Below, in pieces: positions 10,016 to 19,221 of a stretch of 64,000 nucleotides of DNA. The stretch is from Candidatus Omnitrophota bacterium (GTDB lineage Bacteria > Omnitrophota > Gorgyraeia > 2-02-FULL-51-18): contig CAMDWQ010000007.1 of assembly GCA_945877765.1 (NCBI GenBank), positions 23,024 to 87,023 of the forward strand. The letters are read 5' to 3'. The position numbers and the translations under genes are program-made. The notes beneath the pieces were generated by a model, which made no database searches, was not told where the DNA came from, and saw only the letters and a list, made by a program, of their open reading frames with translations. Within the stretch, counting starts at the first letter, position 1, and every line of letters starts with the position of its first letter.

Positions 10016-10900
10016 TTGATGAAAAATAAAACTAAAAAAAATATCGTCCGAATTGGCTTGATTCAAACTCGCTCAGAGTCTGGTCCGGTTCCCAATTTAA
10101 AAAAAATAATTTTACAGATTAAAATTGCTGCCGCCAAAGGCGCGCAGATTATTTCGACCCAGGAACTTTTTACAACGCCTTACTTTTGCCAGACCGAAAA
10201 CACACAGAATTTTGATTTTGCCGAATCGATTCCAGGGCCGACAACCGACGCTTTGTGTAAAGTGGCCAAGTCCGAAAAAGTGGTGATCATTGCCTCATTG
10301 TTTGAAAAGCGCGGCAAGGGTGTGTATCACAATACCGCGGCGGTGATTGATGCGGATGGAAAGTACCTCGGGAAATACCGCAAGATGCATATTCCGGATG
10401 ACCCTGCGTTTTATGAAAAATTTTATTTTGTGCCTGGGGATTTGGGTTTTAAGACGTTTCAGACGAAGTACGCCAAAATCGGTGTGCTGATTTGCTGGGA
10501 TCAGTGGTTTCCGGAAGCAGCTAGGCTCACCGCTCTTGCGGGCGCGGATATTTTATTTTATCCGACGGCGATCGGATGGAAGCCGGAAGAACCTCAGCAA
10601 ACAGCGTCTTATCATGCGGCTTGGGAAACGATACAAAAGAGCCATGCCATCGCCAACGGCGTTTACGTGGCTTCGGTGAACCGCGTAGGCAAAGAGGGCG
10701 GGCTTCAGTTTTGGGGACAGTCGTTTATTGCCGATCCCTTCGGGCATGTGTTGTATCGCGCCTCTAGCGCCAAAGAAGAGATTGTCTTGGCGGATTGTGA
10801 TTTGAATCTGGTAGAGCAGACACGGAGAGAGTGGCCTTTTTTACGAGATCGTCGGATTGATGCCTATCCTCCTATTTTGTCGAGGTTGATCGAGAAGTGA
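10016..10900 (+). CDS. aguB: N-carbamoylputrescine amidase (carbon-nitrogen hydrolase family)
   Basis: CN-hydrolase fold with RKMHIPDDPAFYEKFYFVPGD, typical of N-carbamoylputrescine amidohydrolase; stop overlaps the aguA start. Confidence 0.8.
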   Translation: MMKNKTKKNIVRIGLIQTRSESGPVPNLKKIILQIKIAAAKGAQIISTQELFTTPYFCQTENTQNFDFAESIPGPTTDALCKVAKSEKVVIIASLFEKRGKGVYHNTAAVIDADGKYLGKYRKMHIPDDPAFYEKFYFVPGDLGFKTFQTKYAKIGVLICWDQWFPEAARLTALAGADILFYPTAIGWKPEEPQQTASYHAAWETIQKSHAIANGVYVASVNRVGKEGGLQFWGQSFIADPFGHVLYRASSAKEEIVLADCDLNLVEQTRREWPFLRDRRIDAYPPILSRLIEK

Positions 10901-11979
10901 GTCCTCTGAAATACCGAATGCCTGCCGAGTGGGAAACCCACGAAGCAACCTGGCTGACATGGCCCACCAATAAAATTACTTGGCCCGGCACGCTTTTAAA
11001 GCGTGTTGAAGAGATCTACTTAGAAATGATGCGGGGGCTCCTTCCTGGTGAGAAGGTCCAGCTTCTCGTCGATGATGTCAAAACAGGCAAACGTGTTCTT
11101 GGGCTTCTTGCCGCCAAAAAAATTCCGTCTACCAATCTTATCTTGCATGAAATTAAAACGGTGGATGTCTGGATTCGGGATTATGGACCTATTTTTGTAA
11201 AAAAGAGGATTGAGGATAGAGGATTGAGGATTGAGAAGAATCCAAAAAAATATTCAGAAATTGCGTTCACCAAATGGATTTTTAACGGCTGGGGCGGAAA
11301 GTATGCGGATCTGGCACGCGATACGAAGGTGGTCGACAAGAGCCGCTATTTAAAAAATTTTAATCGTTTTGATCCCGGCATTATCATGGAGGGTGGTTCC
11401 ATCGACGTTAATGGCTTGGGGACACTTCTTACGACCGAGCAGTGTCTTTTAAATAAAAATCGCAACCCAAAATTGTCGCGTCGGCAGATTGAAAAATATC
11501 TTAAGCTATATCTAGGAATCAAAAAAACAATATGGCTTAAAGAAGGTATCGAAGCCGATGACACGGACGGCCATGTCGATGACATCACGCGCTTTGCGGG
11601 GCCTCGGACGATTTTGACGGCCGTAGAATGCGACCCATTAGATAAAAATCATGCTTATCTTGAAGAAAATCTCCACCTATTAAAAGCCTCCACCGACCAG
11701 GACGGGAAAAAATTTAATATTATCGAATTGCCGATGCCCGGGATTGTGGGCCCGGCGCGTACGGATGCGGGTCATCACCGGCTTCCGGCAAGCTATGCCA
11801 ATTTTTACATCGGAAATCATGCGGTACTCGTCCCGATCTACAGCCACCGCAATGACAAGACTGCTCTTAAAATAATCCGCAAAGCGTTCCCCGCAAAAAA
11901 AGTAATCGGGATTGAGTGTTCGGCGTTGGTTTACGGCCTTGGTTCAATCCACTGCGTCACCCAGCAACAACCGCGATGA
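10897..11979 (+). CDS. aguA: agmatine deiminase
   Basis: MPAEWETHEATWLTWP start; porphyromonas-type peptidylarginine/agmatine deiminase fold with C-terminal catalytic Cys (GSIHCVTQQ). Confidence 0.85.
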   Translation: MSPLKYRMPAEWETHEATWLTWPTNKITWPGTLLKRVEEIYLEMMRGLLPGEKVQLLVDDVKTGKRVLGLLAAKKIPSTNLILHEIKTVDVWIRDYGPIFVKKRIEDRGLRIEKNPKKYSEIAFTKWIFNGWGGKYADLARDTKVVDKSRYLKNFNRFDPGIIMEGGSIDVNGLGTLLTTEQCLLNKNRNPKLSRRQIEKYLKLYLGIKKTIWLKEGIEADDTDGHVDDITRFAGPRTILTAVECDPLDKNHAYLEENLHLLKASTDQDGKKFNIIELPMPGIVGPARTDAGHHRLPASYANFYIGNHAVLVPIYSHRNDKTALKIIRKAFPAKKVIGIECSALVYGLGSIHCVTQQQPR

Positions 11980-12863
11980 AAACAAAGCCTTACCGCATCG
12001 TTTTTTATTACCTCTTGATTCTAATCCGCAGTTTCTTTTATTTATTTCCCTACCAGGTAGGTATTTGGGTGGGCAGGTTGTTGGGCCGTGTTGTTTTTTA
12101 CCTTCTTGCGAAAGAACGAAACAAGACGATTAGTAACCTGAGATTGGCATTCGGTGAGCAACCGTCTGATCAAGAGCTTCGCCGTATCGCGCGGGCGGTG
12201 TTTGAAAATTATGGCATGATTGCCGCGGAGACCCAGTTGGTTGGCAAAATCATTCCCTGTCTTGATCGATGGGTGGATATTGAGGGTAAGGAAATACTGG
12301 ATGAGGCCTTGAAAAAAGGCCATGGGGTCATTGGCCTGATCGCGCACTTCGGTGACTGGGAGTTGATGGGCGGGTACTTGGCAATGAAAGGCTATCCTAT
12401 GGTGGCTGTCGCACGGAAAATTTATTATGAAAAATACAACCAGCTTTTAATTCAGGCGCGTGAAAGAATGAGCATTCGAGTAATCTATCGCGATCGTTCT
12501 CCCAGGGAAATGCTGCGCACCCTAAAAAATAACGATGTGCTTGTCATCGCGGCCGACCAGGATGTAGATTCTTTAGACGGCGTGTTTGTTAATTTTTTTA
12601 GCCGACCCGCTTACACGCCAGTTGCGCCGGTAAGGTTTTCAATGGCGGCGGGGGCACCGATTATTCCTGCTTTTATTATACGAGAAGGTTTTAAGCACCG
12701 GATCATCATTGAAAAACCCATCGAACTTACATTTACGGGAAACAAAGAAACGGATTTAGTGGCCAACACCCAAAAATGGGTGTCATTGCAGGAACAGTAT
12801 ATCCGACAATATCCCCATCTATGGGTGTGGAATCATAAGCGGTGGAGAACTAAAAGTGTTTAA
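11976..12863 (+). CDS. lysophospholipid/lipid A (Kdo2-lipid IVA) acyltransferase, LpxL/HtrB family
   Basis: N-terminal TM, HX4D-type acyltransferase region (LIAHFGDWEL), C-terminal YPHLWVWNHKRWRTK. Start chosen at ATG overlapping the aguA stop (ATGA); the track ORF from 11916 would overlap aguA. Confidence 0.65.
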   Translation: MKTKPYRIVFYYLLILIRSFFYLFPYQVGIWVGRLLGRVVFYLLAKERNKTISNLRLAFGEQPSDQELRRIARAVFENYGMIAAETQLVGKIIPCLDRWVDIEGKEILDEALKKGHGVIGLIAHFGDWELMGGYLAMKGYPMVAVARKIYYEKYNQLLIQARERMSIRVIYRDRSPREMLRTLKNNDVLVIAADQDVDSLDGVFVNFFSRPAYTPVAPVRFSMAAGAPIIPAFIIREGFKHRIIIEKPIELTFTGNKETDLVANTQKWVSLQEQYIRQYPHLWVWNHKRWRTKSV

Positions 12864-12972
12864 CCACCCCGTCGCCTTCAGCGCCACCCCTCCTTCGTAA
12901 GGAGGGGAAAGAGAGCTCAATTTCCTCCCCTTACGAAGGGGAGGTGCCGAAGGCGGAGGGGTTGTAGGGTTT
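12864..12972. repeat. Family A repeat, copy A3 (reverse orientation)
   Basis: ccaccccgtcgccttcagcgccacccctccttcgtaaggagggg ... cctccccttacgaaggggaggtgccgaaggcggaggggttgtagg. Confidence 0.85.
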
Positions 12973-13060
12973 GGTGTTGTTTGTATTTTAAAAAGCTAAT
13001 TTTTGATTAATTAATCGATACAAAAAATAGATTTTAAGCAATTTTTAGCTGATCACGATA

Positions 13061-13089
13061 TTGACGTTGAACATTGCCTCATGTAATGT
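13061..13089 (+). promoter_or_regulatory. candidate sigma70-type promoter for the giant gene (TTGACG-N17-TAATGT)
   Basis: TTGACG at ~13061 and TAATGT at ~13084 with 17-nt spacing, in an AT-rich 160-nt leader. A perfect 12-nt palindrome gattaattaatc lies ~40 nt upstream. Confidence 0.4.
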
Positions 13090-13132
13090 ACTGGGATAGG
13101 GTCAGAGCAAAGTATTCATTTGCTCGTTTTTC

Positions 13133-16100
13133 TTGTCTCATCAAATAATAAGCTTTCAAAAAGCGAAACTCAAAAATATGGGCCAAAAAAACCGCATCCA
13201 ATCATCCCCTAGGATTTACCCGCGGATTCTTCGTGTGATTTCTACCTGTCTTGTGCTTGCATTTACATTCAATGATTTTGCTCATGCGGCACCAGCGGAG
13301 TTGTTCACGCCGCGGATGGTGTTGAACCCGTCCAAGATCGAGTTTTCAGGCTCATTTGCTAAAGTAAGCGATGTATTTCAGGGTAAGAGCCCGCGTCTTT
13401 TGATCCACATTCAAGATGCGCACACCAACACCGGCGCTGAAAAAAATATTTCACAGACGCTGGAGGAATTGATCACCCGGTATCACATTAAAACAGTTTT
13501 CATGGAAGGCGGCACGCGGGATGATTCTCTGGATTTTCTGCGTCCGCTGGCTCCTCAAGAAGTGCGCGAGAAGATCGCGAAAAAATATCTGATGCAGGGT
13601 GAGCTAAACGGCGCCGAATATCTGAGCCTGGCTTCGGACCATTCCTTTAAGATTCTGGGTGTCGAAGACGCGTCGCTTTATCACCAAAATTTAAAGACGT
13701 ACGCCGCCGTCACCAAGCGCCGCGAGGCTGTCCTTTCCTATATAGGACAGATGGACCAGCGGGTTGATAGTATGAAGCGCCGCATTTACCCCAAAGCGCT
13801 CGTTGAGTTTGATGATTTTCTACAAAAATACAAAAATAAAGAAAAAAGCTTCACTGATTATTATACCGTGCTTTCTTCGACGGCCGTGCGTTACGGGATC
13901 AGTCTTCTGGGCTTTCCTCATTTTCTCTCACTGAAGGACCTCCAAGCCAAAGAAGACAGGATTGATTTTAAGAAAGCCAATACCGAACAAGCGGCGCTGG
14001 CAGGCCTTGTGTCCGACAAGACGCTGGCCGCTCACGCCGAAAAGATGAAATCCGGCAATTTAAATCCGCTGCCATTTTACGAGGCTGTTCTCGCCGAAGC
14101 CCATGCCAAGAAAATCAACTTGGGAGACTATCCCAACTTTTCGGCCTACGTAGACTATCTGCGAGATTATTCCAAGATTAAAATGGAGCGCCTCTTAAAC
14201 GAGACACGCATCTTAGAAGAAGTAATTTATCAGAAAGCGCTCCCCGAAGAAGATGTGTTTTACCTCTATCGGCTCGACAAGTACCTCAGCGTCTTAAAGA
14301 GCCTCTTTTCCCTGCAGGCGACGCCCCAGGAGTTTGACGACTATTCACTCCTGCAAAAGGACATGCGCTTTAACACCGCGGTCTGCCTGGCCTATATCAA
14401 CCGTAAATTATATGACCTAGGCAATTACGCCGATGTCGTGGCCACCGATTCTATTTTGGATGAGAACAAAAAAGAAATTGAAGATTTCTACCGCGTGACC
14501 GGCGACCGCGATGAGGTATTTTTAAACAAGTCGCTTGCTGAAATGGAAAAAAACAATATTTCCGCTGCCGTCCTCATCACCGGCGGCTATCACACTCCAA
14601 GCCTTCGTCAAAAAATGAAAGAACGCAACATCTCCTACGCCGTCGTGACTCCCGCGGTTACCGAAGAAACCAATCTCGTGCGTTATGAAAAAATTCTTCT
14701 TTCCCGCGCGGGTCTTGAGGCACAACTTCCTTTAGACAAAAAAGAAATCGTCAGTGGCCGCCAGGATTTTATCAACCCCACGCTTAACGCGGAAGTTCCG
14801 AGGACTCCGATCGTTTCAAAAATTAGTAGTGAATTCCAAATGCTGGGATTTCAACCCAGTACACCTAACAAAACTTTAAATGCTGCTAGGCTAGCTAAGG
14901 GAAAAATAACCCATCAAGATGCGTCCGCCGCGCGGTTGAGCGAGGCTGCTTCCTCTCAATCCCCAACAAAGCCGGCAAAGTTTTCTTTAAAAAGGTGGCT
15001 GTTAATTGGGGTCATCTCGTTTGCAATTTTGCAGATACTTCTTGTAAATGGTTCGCTCTACGTTGCGCTTTCAATACCACCAAGCGGCATGGTCACTGAT
15101 GCGCAGGAGGTCAATGGAGTGAGATCTTTAGGCCCTGTAAACACTATTCCTTACACAAGTATTCCTGCCCCTGGGTTTTTTGTTCGTGTGTTCAAATTTT
15201 TTGGGGGCACTACTAAGGGGGGGAATCCGGTTAAGTTTGAATATACTCCTAATGGTGAGAAGGTTACCCTTCCGGACGGGGAAGTGATATTAATAGTTCC
15301 AAAAAATACTTCAGCGCCTGAAAATGAGGAGGTAACCTCCGAAGCTTTAGGAGACGGTGCACGGTTGGCCAACTACACCCCGGTTTTGGGTATTGTGGCG
15401 GTAGTGGTGTTTATAGCCTCTGTCTTGCAAAATATCTCACGTAAAGCAGATCCAAATTACGTCCCAACGCCGGCAGAGGTGATTGAAGAACAAGCCATGA
15501 TAAACGATATTCGGAGTAGGGCCTTGGAGGTAGCAGGAAAAATTAGGCATGGGATTGGGGACATAGCCAGTGGCAGTATTTCTAAAAATGACAATTCCGT
15601 AAAAATTGCTTCTATATTATTTGAAGGGCTTGACCAAAAGGAAAAAAATATTTTTTTCTCTACTCTGATTGAGATCTTGCGTGAAGTGATCAATCCTGCT
15701 CATCAGTATCATGAAGACACACCAAGAATTTTATCTGTGCTGGCAGATTGGGGTAGGCTCAATCCAGAGAATTTGCAATTTTTAATTGCCCAGTTAAACA
15801 AAGAAGAAAACCCAGGTGTTGCGGAAATTCTCAAGACAGCTATCGGGGCACGAGAAATTACTACTAAACAAAATCGCGAACTTTCTCCTGAAGAGCGCCG
15901 TCAATTCGGGCTTTCTGAAAAACCATTTGATCCTAGAGATGCCAGCAAAGTCCTATTTAATTATAAGAGTGGTCCAATAGATAACGAGATGAAAGAAGGT
16001 AGTATTTTTGGATCATTTCCGTGGATTAGCGAGACTGAAGTAAAAAATACAGAAAAACCAGAGCCATCCGGGGCAGTGGATCCATCCGGAGGGGCGCGGT

Positions 16101-18919
16101 TGGCGGCGAGTCGGACCAAAACGATGAAAAAGTCAGACACGGGGCGACTTCAAAATTCAGCCGATGCCATGGTCAAGGATATTCGTAAGATGGATGGGCA
16201 TTTGCTTGGTCTTGCAAAATTAGTCCAGCGCCAAATGGGTCTTGAGTCCGACAATCCAAAAAAATCTCTGTTAATGATTCCTAATTCAATCCAGAAGCCT
16301 AATTTGAAAAGCTTGGCGGGGAAGCGCGCGGTTTATGCTGATCTTGGCGGCTCGACGCTTCACATGGGAGAGATTGAAATTGGTGTCGATGGAACGATCA
16401 CAGTGTTGTGGGAAAAGCCTATGCCTCTAGGGGATCATGTCTCCGAGGGGGGTTCTAAACTTTTTGATTTCATGGCTCAGCAGATCCTTCAGACGGTCCG
16501 CGAAAAGTCAGGTGATCTTGAACAGCCAAAGATCATGGGTTTTACGTTCTCATTTCCTCATCAAAATGGTGTTGTTATCAAAAAATCCAGCACCAAAGGG
16601 TTTAATTTTAGTGACATCATCGGCCAAAATGTCATGGAGCTAATGAATGAGCGTCTTAAAAAAAGCAGTGCTAAATATGGTATTAAACAACTTGAAGTCG
16701 TTGCAGTTACCAATGATACCGAGGGTGCCATGGTTCAGGGAATGGTGCGCTTCAAAAATGCCCTTGTCAGCGTCATCGCCGGGTCCGGATTTAACACGGC
16801 TGTCTGGTGGCTTAATCAGATGTTTAATATGGAGTCAGGGGGCCTTCGTATTCGGAACAATTGGCTGGGTAAGCATGATTTGAAGGTGATGAAGCGTGGT
16901 GCCGAAGAGCTGATTTCCGGACATTTTTTGGGTCTTCAGCTTCGCGCGCGGCTTTTAGATCTGGTAAGAAACTACGGTCTTTTTGGCGGAAAAGTGACTA
17001 GGGCTCTTAGGCTAAGAAAAGGGATTTCATCCGAAATCGTGACGAGTATTTATGAGGCTCGCAGCAATAGGAAAATACAAGAAATTTTGAGCACTATCGG
17101 AATAACTAACGTAAGTAATCAAGACGCTCAGATCGTCAAGGAAATCTCAAGCGCTCTTGTAGAGCGTTCGTTTAAGGTTAACGCAGGGATCATTGCGGGA
17201 TCATTAGCTAAAACAAAGACAACCAAAAGGGCCCAGGTAGCTGTTGATGGTGCCTTATGGAAAATACCTGCTTACACAAGAGGAGTGCAGAGACAGCTTA
17301 ATCTACTTTTACAGGAACTTAATTTACCCAGAGCCCAAATCAGAAGGGTCAATAATGCTTCCGGAATTGGATCGGCGGTCACGGCGTTAGTTGTTAATTC
17401 TCAACAAGACTCCGCCGCTCGGCTTGCTACTAAAACAGAAGAAACGAATCCCCCATTAACGGTTTACTACGTTGGCCGCGATGATCGATCAATCCAAATA
17501 AGTCATGGAGTGGGATTTGGGACTCAGGTGTACTATAGAGATGTTCCTGAGTCACTGAATTTAAAAAATTTAAATAGACAACAGGCTATGGGGGCACTGG
17601 TACAGATCGCCGATGCACTTGATGCTCAACTTCCCGGAGATAAGCATGATTTACGTTTTCGTCCTAGTAAGGATGATTCGGCTAGAGCAGCAAATAAAGA
17701 TATTCGCCAAAAAATATCAAATGTAGTGCAAGGATTAAAATTTGATATTCCCGGTGCAGCCCGGCTTGCTACGAGCCCGGCGAAGTCAGTTGTGGATGAT
17801 AAGTCAGCTGTTTTAAATGTGCTTCAGGACAGCCTTGCCACCCAAGGTTCTCGTTTATCATCAGAGAGTCATTTTGGTGGATCTCAAGCTGAATTAATTC
17901 CAGACACCACCCAAGTCGCAGCGCGTCTTGCGGCTGCTAATGAGAGTAAAATTTCCCTAGCAAAGCGCCTGCAGTATCCCTTTCTTTTATTGTTAACGTC
18001 GCTAAGCATCGTGACGTTTGATTTTGCCCAGGAGAACGGACAAGGATCAATAGCGATTGATATTCAAGTGCAAGACGCTGACCCCGCTGTTTCATCAATT
18101 AGGTTACATCCGAGGCAGTTTAAGGCTGCTATAGCGGGTGAACTGATCAATTTTATCAACACCGCAGCTTTTGAAGCCGCTGGCAATGCGCGCAATCTGT
18201 TAAGCCAAAATGTTCCCGCATGGAGCTATGAGGATGCGGTATGGAATCCTCTGATGAAAGCGCCCCTGACTAACGCGAGCGGTATTCAAGCGGTGGAAGT
18301 ATTTCTTCCCGCGACGATTTTAAAGAATGTGGCAGATCTTCGTCAGGCGCTTCAAAAGGCCAGCATGGTGTCTAAGAGCCGCGGGGTTCACATCGTGATC
18401 AATATTCTTTCTAAGGAGGGAAACCTTACGCCGTCCGAAAGAACTCTAATTGACAAAGAAATTTCCGCCATAGGGAATTCTCGTTTAGGGGTAGATTATC
18501 GCTCGGTCAGCGAGGGACAGACGCTATCAGAAGCTGCCCTGGAAAAACTTGCCGAGCAGCAAGAAGGCCTGGAAAAATTAAAGCAAGGGACTACTAAAGT
18601 AATGTTAATCGCCAGCTCTTCTAACGAGCAGGAGATTTTGAGTCAGATTGGAACGATTGATGCCGTTTACCGGGATAGCATTTTTTCGGCGGGCGCCGAT
18701 ATTCTGTCCAACGAACAGGCAAATCTTGGCGCGTTTTCTCTGGCTGAGATGATGGCTGTTTCACTTTACCAGGCCATGGGACTTGAGACGATGCTACCCT
18801 CCATCCTGAATTTACGATCTGTTATCGTGTCTGGGCGCCGTTTGTTTATTTTTACCTTCAATCTCAACCAGGAACTGGTTTTACTTCGCCTGGCACGCCA
18901 AGCCGAAATCGCCGCTTAA
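13133..18919 (+). CDS. giant (1928 aa) secreted/membrane modular protein: N-terminal signal peptide, Tiki/ChaN-like(?) domain, 2 TM helices, helical module, complete eukaryote-type hexokinase domain (aa ~1060-1425), and two C-terminal modules of unknown function
   Basis: Single uninterrupted ORF. Signal peptide ...VLAFTFNDFAHA/AP. TM helices at nt ~14990-15065 and ~15380-15425. Hexokinase hallmarks: ADLGGSTLHMGEIEIG, MGFTFSFPHQ, STKGFNFSD, VAVTNDTEGAMV, VIAGSGFNTAVW, VAVDGALWKIPAYTR...ASGIGSAVTA. Seven [G/A]ARLA motifs. An alternative start MGQKN lies at 13178. Confidence 0.8.
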   Translation: MSHQIISFQKAKLKNMGQKNRIQSSPRIYPRILRVISTCLVLAFTFNDFAHAAPAELFTPRMVLNPSKIEFSGSFAKVSDVFQGKSPRLLIHIQDAHTNTGAEKNISQTLEELITRYHIKTVFMEGGTRDDSLDFLRPLAPQEVREKIAKKYLMQGELNGAEYLSLASDHSFKILGVEDASLYHQNLKTYAAVTKRREAVLSYIGQMDQRVDSMKRRIYPKALVEFDDFLQKYKNKEKSFTDYYTVLSSTAVRYGISLLGFPHFLSLKDLQAKEDRIDFKKANTEQAALAGLVSDKTLAAHAEKMKSGNLNPLPFYEAVLAEAHAKKINLGDYPNFSAYVDYLRDYSKIKMERLLNETRILEEVIYQKALPEEDVFYLYRLDKYLSVLKSLFSLQATPQEFDDYSLLQKDMRFNTAVCLAYINRKLYDLGNYADVVATDSILDENKKEIEDFYRVTGDRDEVFLNKSLAEMEKNNISAAVLITGGYHTPSLRQKMKERNISYAVVTPAVTEETNLVRYEKILLSRAGLEAQLPLDKKEIVSGRQDFINPTLNAEVPRTPIVSKISSEFQMLGFQPSTPNKTLNAARLAKGKITHQDASAARLSEAASSQSPTKPAKFSLKRWLLIGVISFAILQILLVNGSLYVALSIPPSGMVTDAQEVNGVRSLGPVNTIPYTSIPAPGFFVRVFKFFGGTTKGGNPVKFEYTPNGEKVTLPDGEVILIVPKNTSAPENEEVTSEALGDGARLANYTPVLGIVAVVVFIASVLQNISRKADPNYVPTPAEVIEEQAMINDIRSRALEVAGKIRHGIGDIASGSISKNDNSVKIASILFEGLDQKEKNIFFSTLIEILREVINPAHQYHEDTPRILSVLADWGRLNPENLQFLIAQLNKEENPGVAEILKTAIGAREITTKQNRELSPEERRQFGLSEKPFDPRDASKVLFNYKSGPIDNEMKEGSIFGSFPWISETEVKNTEKPEPSGAVDPSGGARLAASRTKTMKKSDTGRLQNSADAMVKDIRKMDGHLLGLAKLVQRQMGLESDNPKKSLLMIPNSIQKPNLKSLAGKRAVYADLGGSTLHMGEIEIGVDGTITVLWEKPMPLGDHVSEGGSKLFDFMAQQILQTVREKSGDLEQPKIMGFTFSFPHQNGVVIKKSSTKGFNFSDIIGQNVMELMNERLKKSSAKYGIKQLEVVAVTNDTEGAMVQGMVRFKNALVSVIAGSGFNTAVWWLNQMFNMESGGLRIRNNWLGKHDLKVMKRGAEELISGHFLGLQLRARLLDLVRNYGLFGGKVTRALRLRKGISSEIVTSIYEARSNRKIQEILSTIGITNVSNQDAQIVKEISSALVERSFKVNAGIIAGSLAKTKTTKRAQVAVDGALWKIPAYTRGVQRQLNLLLQELNLPRAQIRRVNNASGIGSAVTALVVNSQQDSAARLATKTEETNPPLTVYYVGRDDRSIQISHGVGFGTQVYYRDVPESLNLKNLNRQQAMGALVQIADALDAQLPGDKHDLRFRPSKDDSARAANKDIRQKISNVVQGLKFDIPGAARLATSPAKSVVDDKSAVLNVLQDSLATQGSRLSSESHFGGSQAELIPDTTQVAARLAAANESKISLAKRLQYPFLLLLTSLSIVTFDFAQENGQGSIAIDIQVQDADPAVSSIRLHPRQFKAAIAGELINFINTAAFEAAGNARNLLSQNVPAWSYEDAVWNPLMKAPLTNASGIQAVEVFLPATILKNVADLRQALQKASMVSKSRGVHIVINILSKEGNLTPSERTLIDKEISAIGNSRLGVDYRSVSEGQTLSEAALEKLAEQQEGLEKLKQGTTKVMLIASSSNEQEILSQIGTIDAVYRDSIFSAGADILSNEQANLGAFSLAEMMAVSLYQAMGLETMLPSILNLRSVIVSGRRLFIFTFNLNQELVLLRLARQAEIAA

Positions 18920-19011
18920 CCCCTTACATTATATTTCAGGGGTTGCTTTTTCTTTAAAACGTTGTATACTTTAACTATCGATAGATAAAACGTAAAACAA
19001 ATGAGGCCGCT

Positions 19012-19221
19012 ATGTCACAGGTACTTGTATCCACCAAATATCAGGTCGTGATTCCCAAGGATGTCCGAAGGCAATTGGAAATACATCCCGGGCAGAAGAT
19101 GAGTTGTATTGCGATTAATCGGGCGATTCATTTGGTGCCGGTTAAGCCGATGAGTCAGTCAAGGGGGATTGCCAAAGGGATTTCTCTTGTTGGATATCGA
19201 GAGAAAAAGGACCGCATGTGA
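19012..19221 (+). CDS. vapB: type II antitoxin, AbrB/MazE/SpoVT-type (VapB-like)
   Basis: 69-aa MSQVLVSTKYQVVIPKDVRRQLEIHPGQKM swapped-hairpin DNA-binding domain; 4-nt overlap with the downstream PIN gene. Confidence 0.7.
   Translation: MSQVLVSTKYQVVIPKDVRRQLEIHPGQKMSCIAINRAIHLVPVKPMSQSRGIAKGISLVGYREKKDRM

Noticed and set aside
11190-11240. Short direct DNA repeat gaggattgagga(t) inside aguA
   Set aside because: It is in-frame coding sequence (RIEDRGLRIEKN) with only about 2.5 units. Likely trivial slippage with no independent feature.
16310-17400. Hexokinase-like region interpreted as a ROK-family bacterial glucokinase or other ASKHA kinase
   Set aside because: The ROK signature (CxCGxxGCxE zinc motif) is absent, whereas hexokinase-specific blocks (GFTFSFP, NDT-G, the C-terminal DGS/A-x-K motif) are all present in order. 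It is retained as eukaryote-type hexokinase pending profile confirmation.
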